IMG/VR virus record: IMGVR_UViG_2541048004_000003
Location: 14,130-78,129 of that record
Direction: 5' to 3' (one strand)
DNA length: 64,000 bases
DNA from: a virus
Taxonomy: Duplodnaviria > Caudoviricetes
Shown here: positions 53,889 to 62,212 of the stretch, one piece after another
How the letters are laid out: each line of letters begins with the position of its first letter
How positions within the stretch are numbered: position 1 is the first letter of the stretch
Notes under the pieces: generated by a model
Databases searched by the model: none
The model's input: only the letters and a program-made list of their open reading frames with translations
Told to the model about the DNA's origin: nothing
Made by a program: the position numbers and the translations under genes

Positions 53889-54482
53889 ATGACTATTAAA
53901 GAATTCCACCAATACGCCAAGCAGAAGGAGAAAGAGCTGGATCGGCTCTACAACGACATCCTGCCCGTCAAAGTGGGGGCAATCGCCAAACGGCATTTTC
54001 AGGACAATTTCCGCAAGGGGGGATTCGTGGATGGCGGCCTCACGCCCTGGCCGGCCACCCGCAGGCAGCAGTCCGGAGGGAAGTCGGCCGCTTCGCGCTA
54101 CGGCCCCTTGTTGAGCAGCCGCACCCACCTGATGCGCAGCGTGCGCGACGTGCCAGGGCGGGCACGTACCACCATTGTCAGCGACCTGCCATACTCCCGT
54201 ATACACAACGAGGGAGGTACCATAGAGACGCATCCCAACGTCACACCCCGCATGCGGCGCTTCGCTTGGGCAAAGTTCTTCGAGGCGGGTGGCGGGGGAA
54301 AGAAAGAGACCGAAGTGCCGGCCGAAGCTCTGAAATGGAAGAAACTGGCGCTGACGCGCAAGGCGAAACTCGACATCCGGGTCTACATCCCCCAGCGAAA
54401 ATTCATCGGGGCAAGCCGGGAACTTGAAGAACGGATATCGGAGAAAATCATCAACGAGACAAGGAAGGTACTGGGGAAATGA
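53889..54482 (+). CDS. Virion morphogenesis protein (Mu gpG-like)
   Basis: FQDNFRKGGF...WP, LPYSRIHNEGG, IPQRKFIG. Confidence 0.85.
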   Translation: MTIKEFHQYAKQKEKELDRLYNDILPVKVGAIAKRHFQDNFRKGGFVDGGLTPWPATRRQQSGGKSAASRYGPLLSSRTHLMRSVRDVPGRARTTIVSDLPYSRIHNEGGTIETHPNVTPRMRRFAWAKFFEAGGGGKKETEVPAEALKWKKLALTRKAKLDIRVYIPQRKFIGASRELEERISEKIINETRKVLGK

Positions 54483-54510
54483 AGACGTTAGACATTTAGA
54501 TTAGAAAAAT

Positions 54511-54960
54511 ATGGAAAAGCTATTCAACATTTTGCAGCGGGTCATTGCCGAGGGCATGTCCGAACTGAGACTGACAGACGAAGACTACGGACAATTAGAG
54601 ATACAGGAAGACCACTATCCCGTGACGTTTCCCTGCGTACTGCTGGCCGTGCCCGAAGTGGCATGGACGGAACTGGCGGGAGGGGCGCAGCGCGGAACGG
54701 CTACCGTCATCACCCGGCTGGCCATAGACTGCTACCAAGACACGCACTACGGCAGTGGAACTGAGGATGAGACCGCACGCCGACAACAGATGCGTACCCG
54801 GCTGCACAGACTTCTGCAAGGCAGAAAACCCCTGTTCGGGTGCGGTGCGCTGGTGCGCCGCAAGAGTAGAGACTACAGTCTGCCCGGAGGAATAAAGGTG
54901 TACGAAACGGAGTATGAGATGACGGTGGCCGACACGCCCTGTGTGGTCAGTCGTCAGTAA
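54511..54960 (+). CDS. Tail terminator-like protein
   Basis: DEDYGQLE, PVTFPCVLL; position. Confidence 0.6.
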   Translation: MEKLFNILQRVIAEGMSELRLTDEDYGQLEIQEDHYPVTFPCVLLAVPEVAWTELAGGAQRGTATVITRLAIDCYQDTHYGSGTEDETARRQQMRTRLHRLLQGRKPLFGCGALVRRKSRDYSLPGGIKVYETEYEMTVADTPCVVSRQ

Positions 54961-55216
54961 AGAAGGAGAGCTGCGAGGCCGATAAGCGAGGCTTGCGCAC
55001 TTTGGGCACGGGACGCACATCAATATCGGTCAGCTTGTGGCAGTTGGCACGGATAATGGACATGATACGCTCCTCAGAGATGAAAAACTCCTCACGGGAA
55101 AGAATTTTCAATGCGTCATCGAAACGAAGACGCTGTATCTCCGTCCAGAAATAGTACCTCTGCAACAGCTTCTTGTCTCTTAGTGATATTAATGTTTTGT
55201 TTCTTCCGCGTGACAT
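54947..55216 (-). CDS. Mor-like/HTH late regulator
   Basis: LSREEFFISEERIMSII helix pattern; last gene of the early/middle strand. Confidence 0.55.
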   Translation of the reverse strand: MSRGRNKTLISLRDKKLLQRYYFWTEIQRLRFDDALKILSREEFFISEERIMSIIRANCHKLTDIDVRPVPKVRKPRLSASQLSFFTDD

Positions 55217-55374
55217 GACATTTTATTTATCACAAAAATAAACGTTTTCTCGATTTTATACACTATAAAAATGAGAAAAACTCCAGTAGCCGATTAGTCA
55301 CCGGAAATTTTGCTCAAAAACAGAAAGGAGAGCCGGAAAAAGTAATACTGAAGAATAAACAGGAAAGGGAAAAA

Positions 55375-55485
55375 GCCCTCGACCGTTAGCATAGATACCA
55401 CTCACATACTAATAAAATGCGCCGCAACGCACAGCCGAGGGCAAGACCTTCGCTGCGTTACGGCGCATTCGTACATGTGAGTGGT
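55375..55485. promoter_or_regulatory. Structured pseudoknotted leader upstream of methyltransferase
   Basis: Three long complementary pairs (see findings). Confidence 0.6.
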
Positions 55486-55519
55486 TGACAAAAGTAATAA
55501 CTATAATAGAAAAAACAAA

Positions 55520-56329
55520 ATGAAAACACCCATTTCTTATTATGGAGGCAAGCAAACAATGCTAAAGCATATCCTTCCTCTGATTCCAAGTCATAAACTA
55601 TACACAGAGGCTTTCTGCGGTGGAGCAGCGGTATTGTTTGCCAAGCGTCCGGCCGATGGCGAGATCATCAACGACATCGACATGGATATAACAAACTTCT
55701 ATTGGATGGCCAAGGCCTATTATCATGACTTAAAGCAAGAGATTGAAAAGACTTTGCACAGCCGGGATATGCACGCCCATGCGGGACATATTCTGCAATA
55801 TCCTCAATTCTTTTCACCGGTGCAGCGGGCATGGGCTGTTTGGGCGTTGTGTAAGATGTCCTTTGCCAGCATGATAGACGGTTCGTTCGGCTATGATTTT
55901 GGCGGCGGAATGCCGAAAAAACTGCGTAACGCAAAGGATGAGTTTACCGAATGGCTATGCGCCCGGCTCGATAACGTGACCATAGAGAACAGAGATGCAC
56001 TGAATGTCATCTCCACTTACGACCCACCTGATACTTTTCATTTTGTAGACCCGCCTTATATCAACAGTGATTGCGGGCATTATGAGGGTACATTCGATGA
56101 GTGTTGCATGGAGAAGCTCCTGCAGTTATTGGAACAGGTCAAAGGTAAGTTCATGCTGACAATGTTTCCCTTGAATATGATAGAAGAATATGCCAATAAA
56201 AACGGGTGGGTCATTCACCAGATAGAAAGAACAATCAGCGCTTCAAAGACAAGCCGAAGAAAGCAAGAAGAGTGGATGATCTGCAATTATAAAAACTCTG
56301 CACATGGGAAACAAACCTGCTTATTTTAA
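55520..56329 (+). CDS. D12-class N6-adenine DNA methyltransferase (Dam-like)
   Basis: MKTPISYYGGKQ, YTEAFCGG, IENRDAL, FVDPPY. Confidence 0.92.
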   Translation: MKTPISYYGGKQTMLKHILPLIPSHKLYTEAFCGGAAVLFAKRPADGEIINDIDMDITNFYWMAKAYYHDLKQEIEKTLHSRDMHAHAGHILQYPQFFSPVQRAWAVWALCKMSFASMIDGSFGYDFGGGMPKKLRNAKDEFTEWLCARLDNVTIENRDALNVISTYDPPDTFHFVDPPYINSDCGHYEGTFDECCMEKLLQLLEQVKGKFMLTMFPLNMIEEYANKNGWVIHQIERTISASKTSRRKQEEWMICNYKNSAHGKQTCLF

Positions 56330-56333
56330 AACA

Positions 56334-56368
56334 AAAACAGCGTTTGAAGGTAGTTTAAACGCTGTTTT
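56334..56368. terminator. Bidirectional terminator
   Basis: AAAACAGCGTTT / AAACGCTGTTTT between convergent genes. Confidence 0.7.
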
Positions 56369-56385
56369 ATTTGATTGGTTTAGAA

Positions 56386-56703
56386 TTATTCTAAAGCTTT
56401 TTTTATGGCTGCTTTAGCGGCTTTTATCTCTTTGTCTGCAAAAGAATAAATAGACTGATCATTGTTATCAAATCGTTCAAGCATCTCTTGCAACGCTTCC
56501 AGTAATTCAGGAGCAGCGGCTATTAGTTTAGCTCTCTTTCGTTGCCTCTCAGTTCCGAGTTCAGGCCTTCCAACTGGAAAAACTACCATAGCTAACGGAA
56601 ATTCTACAGGCGTGTCTTCTTTTATAAAGATTACGCCATCAGGAAAACCTGGAGTAAATGTCTCGACTGTTTTCCATTTTACTAAACTTTCTTTTTTACT
56701 CAT
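56386..56703 (-). CDS. Hypothetical phage protein
   Basis: AKLIAAAPELLEALQ motif. Confidence 0.7.
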   Translation of the reverse strand: MSKKESLVKWKTVETFTPGFPDGVIFIKEDTPVEFPLAMVVFPVGRPELGTERQRKRAKLIAAAPELLEALQEMLERFDNNDQSIYSFADKEIKAAKAAIKKALE

Positions 56704-56719
56704 TCCTTTCTTATTTTAG

Positions 56720-56747
56720 TTGCTCCCGACATTAATGTCGGGAGCAA
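56720..56747. repeat. Perfect 28-bp palindrome
   Basis: TTGCTCCCGACATT|AATGTCGGGAGCAA. Confidence 0.9.
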
Positions 56748-56773
56748 AAGGTTCCATATTACATTGCCTTGAA

Positions 56774-57382
56774 TTAAGTAATTAAATTATTTCTTAAGAA
56801 TCGGGCAAGAGTGTTCCGGTTGACCTTACATATTCCGGCTATCTTACGCTGTGATATACCTTCATTCAGAAGTCCTTTAACCAACTCTTTTTTCCCATAC
56901 AGCTTGTATTTATCGGGCGAGCTCTTTCTCCCTTTAGGGCGTCCTAATATCACGCCCTCTAACTTTTTACGGGCTAAAGCCTCCTTAGTTCGCTGACTAA
57001 TCATGTCGCGTTCGATTTCGGCGGCAATGCCAAAAGCGAACGCGAGAACCTTGCTCTGTATATTGTCTCCCAATTCGTAACCGTCCTTGACGGTGTACAC
57101 CTTTACATCGTGCAGCATACAGAACTCCAATATTCGCATGATCATGAACAGTTTTCTCCCAAGACGAGAAAGTTCGGAAGTTATTATTACATCACCCTTT
57201 TGCAGTTTATTCATCAGTTTTCCCAACAATCGCTTTTCGGGCTCTTTTGTTCCGGATATGCCATCATCTATAATCCAATCATCAACTGACAATCCAAGGG
57301 ATTCTGCCTTCTTGCACACTCCCAACTTCTGATTATTTGAGTCCTGTTCGTCCGTACTTACCCTTAAATATCCGTATATCAT
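56774..57382 (-). CDS. Serine recombinase (resolvase/invertase family)
   Basis: YGYLRVSTDEQ, ELSRLGR, AEIERDMISQRTKEAL..GRP, C-terminal HTH. Confidence 0.95.
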   Translation of the reverse strand: MIYGYLRVSTDEQDSNNQKLGVCKKAESLGLSVDDWIIDDGISGTKEPEKRLLGKLMNKLQKGDVIITSELSRLGRKLFMIMRILEFCMLHDVKVYTVKDGYELGDNIQSKVLAFAFGIAAEIERDMISQRTKEALARKKLEGVILGRPKGRKSSPDKYKLYGKKELVKGLLNEGISQRKIAGICKVNRNTLARFLRNNLIT

Positions 57383-57508
57383 AATACTGACTCTATTAAT
57401 TGCATAGCTTTCGCGCCATAATGTTTAACTACTATATCCTGCATGGACATGCAGTCCCATTCTTCTGGATACATCTTTTCGCCTATTTTAAATCGATTCA
57501 TATCTTTC

Positions 57509-57763
57509 TTATAATTCATTAATATGGATTGGTTTCAGCTGCTTGTTATACAGTTTTACTTTCAACCTTTCCGTCAGGATAAAAACAAAGGAAGCGGCAT
57601 CCGGATTGTCGACGCAAACTCGCACCCCGGTGAGATGTTCCGCTTTCGCTTTCATGAGAGTCACCTTGCAAGGCTTGCCGTAGTATTCCCAATAATACAC
57701 CAGTTGTCCAAGCAAGGCGGTCTCTATCTGTATCACAAGTTCGACAGGTTCTTTATAGAGCAT
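57509..57763 (-). CDS. Hypothetical protein
   Basis: 84 aa, overlaps upstream gene. Confidence 0.55.
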   Translation of the reverse strand: MLYKEPVELVIQIETALLGQLVYYWEYYGKPCKVTLMKAKAEHLTGVRVCVDNPDAASFVFILTERLKVKLYNKQLKPIHINEL

Positions 57764-58130
57764 GGCGGCGGGATGTTTTATACTCGGTCTCCATCCGTTC
57801 TATCTCTTTTTGACAAGCGATCCATCCGGGGAAACCTCCTATGTTCTTATCGTCAATATAGCAATGGGCATATACTTTTCTGCCACCGGGGCCGTATTGG
57901 GCAATGTTTTCCGGGTTATGCTCATTGACCCGGTCAAAGGGAATCCGTCTCTCCAAAAGCCAATTGACGGCTTCCAACAGTCGTTCTCCGGTCCTGCAAG
58001 TCCAGATAATGATATAATGCCCCTGCTCATGCAATCGGCGCAGCACCTCGCCGGCGTAAGGCTGTTCGCCTGCAATAGCCGGGTATTCTCCCCGGCTAAT
58101 GGTCCCGTCAAAGTCTACTGCGATAATCAC
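57753..58130 (-). CDS. HAD-superfamily hydrolase
   Basis: IAVDFDGTI, IIWTCR, YIDDKN. Confidence 0.85.
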   Translation of the reverse strand: MIIAVDFDGTISRGEYPAIAGEQPYAGEVLRRLHEQGHYIIIWTCRTGERLLEAVNWLLERRIPFDRVNEHNPENIAQYGPGGRKVYAHCYIDDKNIGGFPGWIACQKEIERMETEYKTSRRHAL

Positions 58131-58597
58131 ACTTCATCCTCCCCTGACTTTCGTTCCGCAGCCTCGTATGGGAGCACTTCCCAGATAGGAGACTCACACA
58201 CGGATGCGATCTGATAGTCGGCCATAGTGCCTTTCATGCCTTCGTCGAGCTTTTTCACCGCGTCGCGCAAGTCTGCCGCCTGCACCAAGACCTGCGTGGA
58301 AGTCTTTTTCTCCGCTCCGCTCTTTTCATCGAGTGTGATAAAGATGAGCTTGCACTTGAACCATCGGTCTGCGCTCTCTTCATCGCTGGCGAAGAGTTCG
58401 CTGTAGTTGGCGCGTTTTATGTCCGATACGGTAAACTCTCCGCTGATAAATTGCTTGACCTGTTCGATAAGACGCGCTTCCGCTTCAGTGAAACTGAGCG
58501 CATCTACCAGGTACGCTTCGGTTACTTTGACATTCATACCCGCCTCGTTTATCTTCTCGTAGCGGACTTTTCCTTGAAACCAATTGTGCATTGACAT
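58127..58597 (-). CDS. DUF4494-like protein
   Basis: WFQGKVRYEK...YLVDALSFTEAEAR. Confidence 0.8.
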   Translation of the reverse strand: MSMHNWFQGKVRYEKINEAGMNVKVTEAYLVDALSFTEAEARLIEQVKQFISGEFTVSDIKRANYSELFASDEESADRWFKCKLIFITLDEKSGAEKKTSTQVLVQAADLRDAVKKLDEGMKGTMADYQIASVCESPIWEVLPYEAAERKSGEDEV

Positions 58598-58628
58598 AAC
58601 TTTTTTGCTTTTAAATGATTTGATAATT

Positions 58629-59276
58629 TTATTTCATGGCCGCTAAAGAAAGCGGCAGTTTCATCGGATTTCCTTTGGAATCCCGCATCTCCACTTCAAT
58701 GAACTGGCAGGTAGGGACAGGGCGGTAAGCCGCTTTGATTATTGAGATGCCGTCTAAAAAGTCAGGGCTTTGGCTTTTTATGGCCAGTCTCTCCAGTTCA
58801 AGCACCTTATTGGCTTTAAGCGCTCCTTTTCTGTCTTTTGCCAGCAATCCCATTACGGTGTCCACCAGAGCTGCGGTATCTTCATCCTTGGCCAGAGAGG
58901 CAAGATACTTCTTCACTTTTTCCACACCCGCTTCCACTGTATCGTCCCATCCTTCATTCACCCGATTGCCAAGCGTAATGCTGCAAGTTCCGTCCTGGGT
59001 GGTGAACGTATCGCTCCGGCGGTCGCCTTTCACCTTAAAAAGTTCATTCTTCATGCTTATGAGCGTGGCAGCATCGGAAAACACCTCTTGTTTGATGCGT
59101 GTCATTTCCGATGAAAGAACCTGAAGTTTTCTCAGGTTGACAGCTACAAATTTGTCAACCAGTTCCTTGTAAGTTTCACGTTCCTGCTGAACACGGATGG
59201 CTTCCGCACGTTCCTCTGCTTCAAGCTGTAGCTTGAGCTGTTCTTTTTCTTCTTTTGTCAATTTGGAAATTTCCAT
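58629..59276 (-). CDS. Gam-like host-nuclease inhibitor (DUF3164-like)
   Basis: Coiled coil then SDTFTTQDG..SITLG; downstream of GemA-like gene as in Mu. Confidence 0.7.
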   Translation of the reverse strand: MEISKLTKEEKEQLKLQLEAEERAEAIRVQQERETYKELVDKFVAVNLRKLQVLSSEMTRIKQEVFSDAATLISMKNELFKVKGDRRSDTFTTQDGTCSITLGNRVNEGWDDTVEAGVEKVKKYLASLAKDEDTAALVDTVMGLLAKDRKGALKANKVLELERLAIKSQSPDFLDGISIIKAAYRPVPTCQFIEVEMRDSKGNPMKLPLSLAAMK

Positions 59277-59331
59277 ACAGTTCTGTAATTTTAAATAAAT
59301 GGTTCATACTATTTATCGATTAAATTCTCAC

Positions 59332-59556
59332 TCACTTCTTCGAAGCAGCCAGACCGGCTTTCCCCTGTTCGATACGCATGTTCAAATTGTGGAATTCATT
59401 GATCAGATCGTCTGTTTCCTTGCATTTTTCCGTCGTATCTTTTTCCATCAACAAGTCTATTATTTCCTCCATTCTTGCTTCATCGCGCGCGATGCGCTCC
59501 TCCAGTCTTCTGATTTCCCGGAGGCGGAGGCGGCGGTTGGATTCGGTTTCTTTCAT
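59332..59556 (-). CDS. Small coiled-coil protein
   Basis: 74 aa in operon. Confidence 0.5.
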   Translation of the reverse strand: MKETESNRRLRLREIRRLEERIARDEARMEEIIDLLMEKDTTEKCKETDDLINEFHNLNMRIEQGKAGLAASKK

Positions 59557-60149
59557 TCTTCCTGCATTTTTTTACAAGTCCGGTGTTCGCGTACGACTTT
59601 GCTTTTGTCCAATTCCCTTTTGCTGAAATATACCCGGGTACCCTTCTTGTAACCGGTCAACAGCCCTTTATCCGCCCAACGTTTTATGGTGGATTTGCTA
59701 CACCCCACATATCTGCATGCATCTGCTTGACAGATAAGGTCATTTGTTTCCGCTTCCTCCACGGGCTTGCGATTGATCTTCATAGATGCCTTGCGCATGC
59801 CGAGCACTTTTTCCAAACGGCAGACACGTTGCATCAGGCTCAACAGCGTACGGCGCGAAACCATAATCCTGTCCGGGTCCTCCGTTTCCTCATATTCCGG
59901 CACCTCGGCACCGGGTATGAGTTCCTCCAGGGAAAGGCTCCCCGCCAGATAACGCGCCGCATCGCGCGCGGCGAAAAAGAGCTCTTCGTTTTTTTCATCC
60001 TCGGATACCCCTCGGACATATTGATCAAAGACCTGCGCCTCATTATGCCTGCACTCCAAAACGTTTGCCTGTGCGGCGCTTTTTTCGTCTCCGTTTTTCC
60101 GGAGCAGGGAAATGGCATGATTGATTTCCCGGTTGTTTCTTTTCCTCAT
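59553..60149 (-). CDS. Protein with C-terminal HTH_17 (excisionase-like) domain
   Basis: QADACRYVGCSKSTIKRWADKG. Confidence 0.7.
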   Translation of the reverse strand: MRKRNNREINHAISLLRKNGDEKSAAQANVLECRHNEAQVFDQYVRGVSEDEKNEELFFAARDAARYLAGSLSLEELIPGAEVPEYEETEDPDRIMVSRRTLLSLMQRVCRLEKVLGMRKASMKINRKPVEEAETNDLICQADACRYVGCSKSTIKRWADKGLLTGYKKGTRVYFSKRELDKSKVVREHRTCKKMQEE

Positions 60150-60156
60150 GGCTGTT

Positions 60157-60606
60157 TTATTTTAATTCGTTCTCTTTGTACGCTATCTTTTCCAATTGTT
60201 TTTTGAAAGCTTTCAGCTCTTCCAATGTCATCTCCGTGACATTGCAACGGGCTTTGCTGCGGTTGCGCGCAAACACATTCAGTTTCGCCTTGTTCATTTC
60301 AAACTCCTCGGGAGTGTCATTGCTATAATCCTTGTTCAAGAAGGAGATTTGAAACGATAACGCGAAAATGCCCCTGAGCAGGTTCTTTGCGGCTTCCTTC
60401 CGTTTCTTTTCCATATCTCCGTCGAGAAAGGAAAACAGATGCCGTGCTTCCGAAAATGAAATATCCTTCAAGCTGTCCGTACGTCCGCCGGTCAGGGAGT
60501 AGATGCACGAACGCCGTGCCTCTTCATCCATGCCCAGGTTACGGAACTTGGCGTGCAGCGCCTTTAATTGCTGTGGGCTGATGTTTTTTTCGATTGTCCG
60601 TCCCAT
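60157..60606 (-). CDS. GemA/gp16-like protein
   Basis: QQLKALHAKFRNLGMDEEARR..I..LTGGRTDSLKDISFSEA. Confidence 0.65.
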   Translation of the reverse strand: MGRTIEKNISPQQLKALHAKFRNLGMDEEARRSCIYSLTGGRTDSLKDISFSEARHLFSFLDGDMEKKRKEAAKNLLRGIFALSFQISFLNKDYSNDTPEEFEMNKAKLNVFARNRSKARCNVTEMTLEELKAFKKQLEKIAYKENELK

Positions 60607-60611
60607 TTTCT

Positions 60612-61277
60612 TTATTGTTGTTTTTCCTTCCTACCCCAATACTCCTGCGCCCGTTCCGGCCAGATGTCGAAATGTCCCACCGGTCCGATGAACCGTCCCT
60701 TGCTGATGGCTCGGTACCCTTCCACATATATTTTCAGCGCCGCGTCGAACATGACGCTTTTGGCAGATCTCCCGGTTGGGAGCGTGCCGGTGGCATGGCT
60801 GATGAAGATGAGCAGTTTGTTACGGTGTCGCTCCTTGAAAGCGATATATTGCCGGTAAGTCATCTGCGTGTACTGGAAGCTGTCTATTACGATAAAATCG
60901 GGGCTTTTCTGACGTTTGATGCGGAGGCTTAATTCTTCCATGCTCTCGTTGTCAAGTAACAGGAAGCGGCGGTTGACCTCATCCATGCCGAAGCGTCGGA
61001 GCGTGTTCTGCATTGTCAGGCAGGCGCCCTCCTCCATGCTGTTGTAAGCCACCCGGCCGAATCTTGCAAGCTCCTTACAGAGCTGCATGACGAATGAAGT
61101 CTTTCCATTCCCCGAATTTCCCCAGATAAACCATACCCCTTTCCGTTCAGGCGTGCCGAATGCGTCGTACCACGCACCTTCGAACGAAAGAGTTTCGAAC
61201 TTCATGCTGAGCACTTCGCGTACTCCTTTCGCATTGCGGGCGAACGTACGTGCCGTATCCGTCGTAGTTCCGTTCAT
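60612..61277 (-). CDS. P-loop ATPase (RecA/RadA-like)
   Basis: WGNSGNGKTSF, YNSMEEG, IVIDSFQY. Confidence 0.85.
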   Translation of the reverse strand: MNGTTTDTARTFARNAKGVREVLSMKFETLSFEGAWYDAFGTPERKGVWFIWGNSGNGKTSFVMQLCKELARFGRVAYNSMEEGACLTMQNTLRRFGMDEVNRRFLLLDNESMEELSLRIKRQKSPDFIVIDSFQYTQMTYRQYIAFKERHRNKLLIFISHATGTLPTGRSAKSVMFDAALKIYVEGYRAISKGRFIGPVGHFDIWPERAQEYWGRKEKQQ

Positions 61278-62164
61278 CGCGCACCCTCCAATCTCCTGGA
61301 TTCGGCAATGCGCTTGCAGGCGTGCACAACACGCTTTACGCGCCGCAGGTCATGCTCGGCCTGTCCGGCTTCACGCAGCACGCGCTTGATGTCTGCTTCA
61401 TCTGTCAGGCCGTTCGCCCGGCAAATCGCATAGATGTCCTCGCGGGTGGTGGCGGACACTTCATAGAAACGGCGTCCTATGCGAGAGTTGATCTCCTTGT
61501 ATCCTTTCTTATTGTAGCGCAACCCGTTCTCCATCCGCCGCTTGATATAGTCCGTAGAGAGGAATATGATGCCGCACTTGCCCGTCAGCCGGTTATAGAT
61601 CGATATGAAGTAATTAAATACCGAGTCTGTCAGCTTGTCGCCCTCATCGAAAATAAGCAGCGGATTATTCAGGAAAGCAATCATGGATATGGCATACTCC
61701 AGGATGTCACGCAGGTTAGTCCCATCTGTGGGCGCGCCTACCTGTTTGGCTATCTCCCTGACAAAGTCGCTTTTCCGCATGTCTTCCGAGCATAGGATGT
61801 AGAACACGTTGCGGTGCGTGCGGCGGTACTCGATTGCAGTCGCCGTCTTTCCGCATCCGGCGTCACCTACCACCCACGTTACGTTTTTGTACATCTGAGC
61901 GTCGTTCATGGCGAAGGTGATGCGTGTAAAGGTGGCGCTTTCATGCAGCGTCCAGCCCTCGAGGCTGTAGCCTATCTGTACGGAAATGCGGATAAACATA
62001 TCATCGCTGATATTGGTGTATTTGCCGTTCATCAGGGCGGATAAGGTGGCGGCGCTCACACCGTTCAGGCTTTCGGCCGCGCGGTTCTGTGAAGGGTAGT
62101 TGCTGCAATAATCCGCAAGCGCCTCGCGGATGTCATTCTTTTGTTCCTTGGTAAGTTCTTTCAT
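61274..62164 (-). CDS. MuB-like transposition ATPase
   Basis: N-terminal HTH, GDAGCGKT, LIFDEGDKL; follows transposase. Confidence 0.9.
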   Translation of the reverse strand: MKELTKEQKNDIREALADYCSNYPSQNRAAESLNGVSAATLSALMNGKYTNISDDMFIRISVQIGYSLEGWTLHESATFTRITFAMNDAQMYKNVTWVVGDAGCGKTATAIEYRRTHRNVFYILCSEDMRKSDFVREIAKQVGAPTDGTNLRDILEYAISMIAFLNNPLLIFDEGDKLTDSVFNYFISIYNRLTGKCGIIFLSTDYIKRRMENGLRYNKKGYKEINSRIGRRFYEVSATTREDIYAICRANGLTDEADIKRVLREAGQAEHDLRRVKRVVHACKRIAESRRLEGAR

Positions 62165-62212
62165 CTGTTTGAATATTGTTTGAATGATTGTTGAATATTG
62201 CTTGTTTCTCGT

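Noticed and set aside
55481-55519. GTG start for the methyltransferase
   Set aside because: It falls inside the leader helix; the family-typical start MKTPISYYGGK is at 55520.
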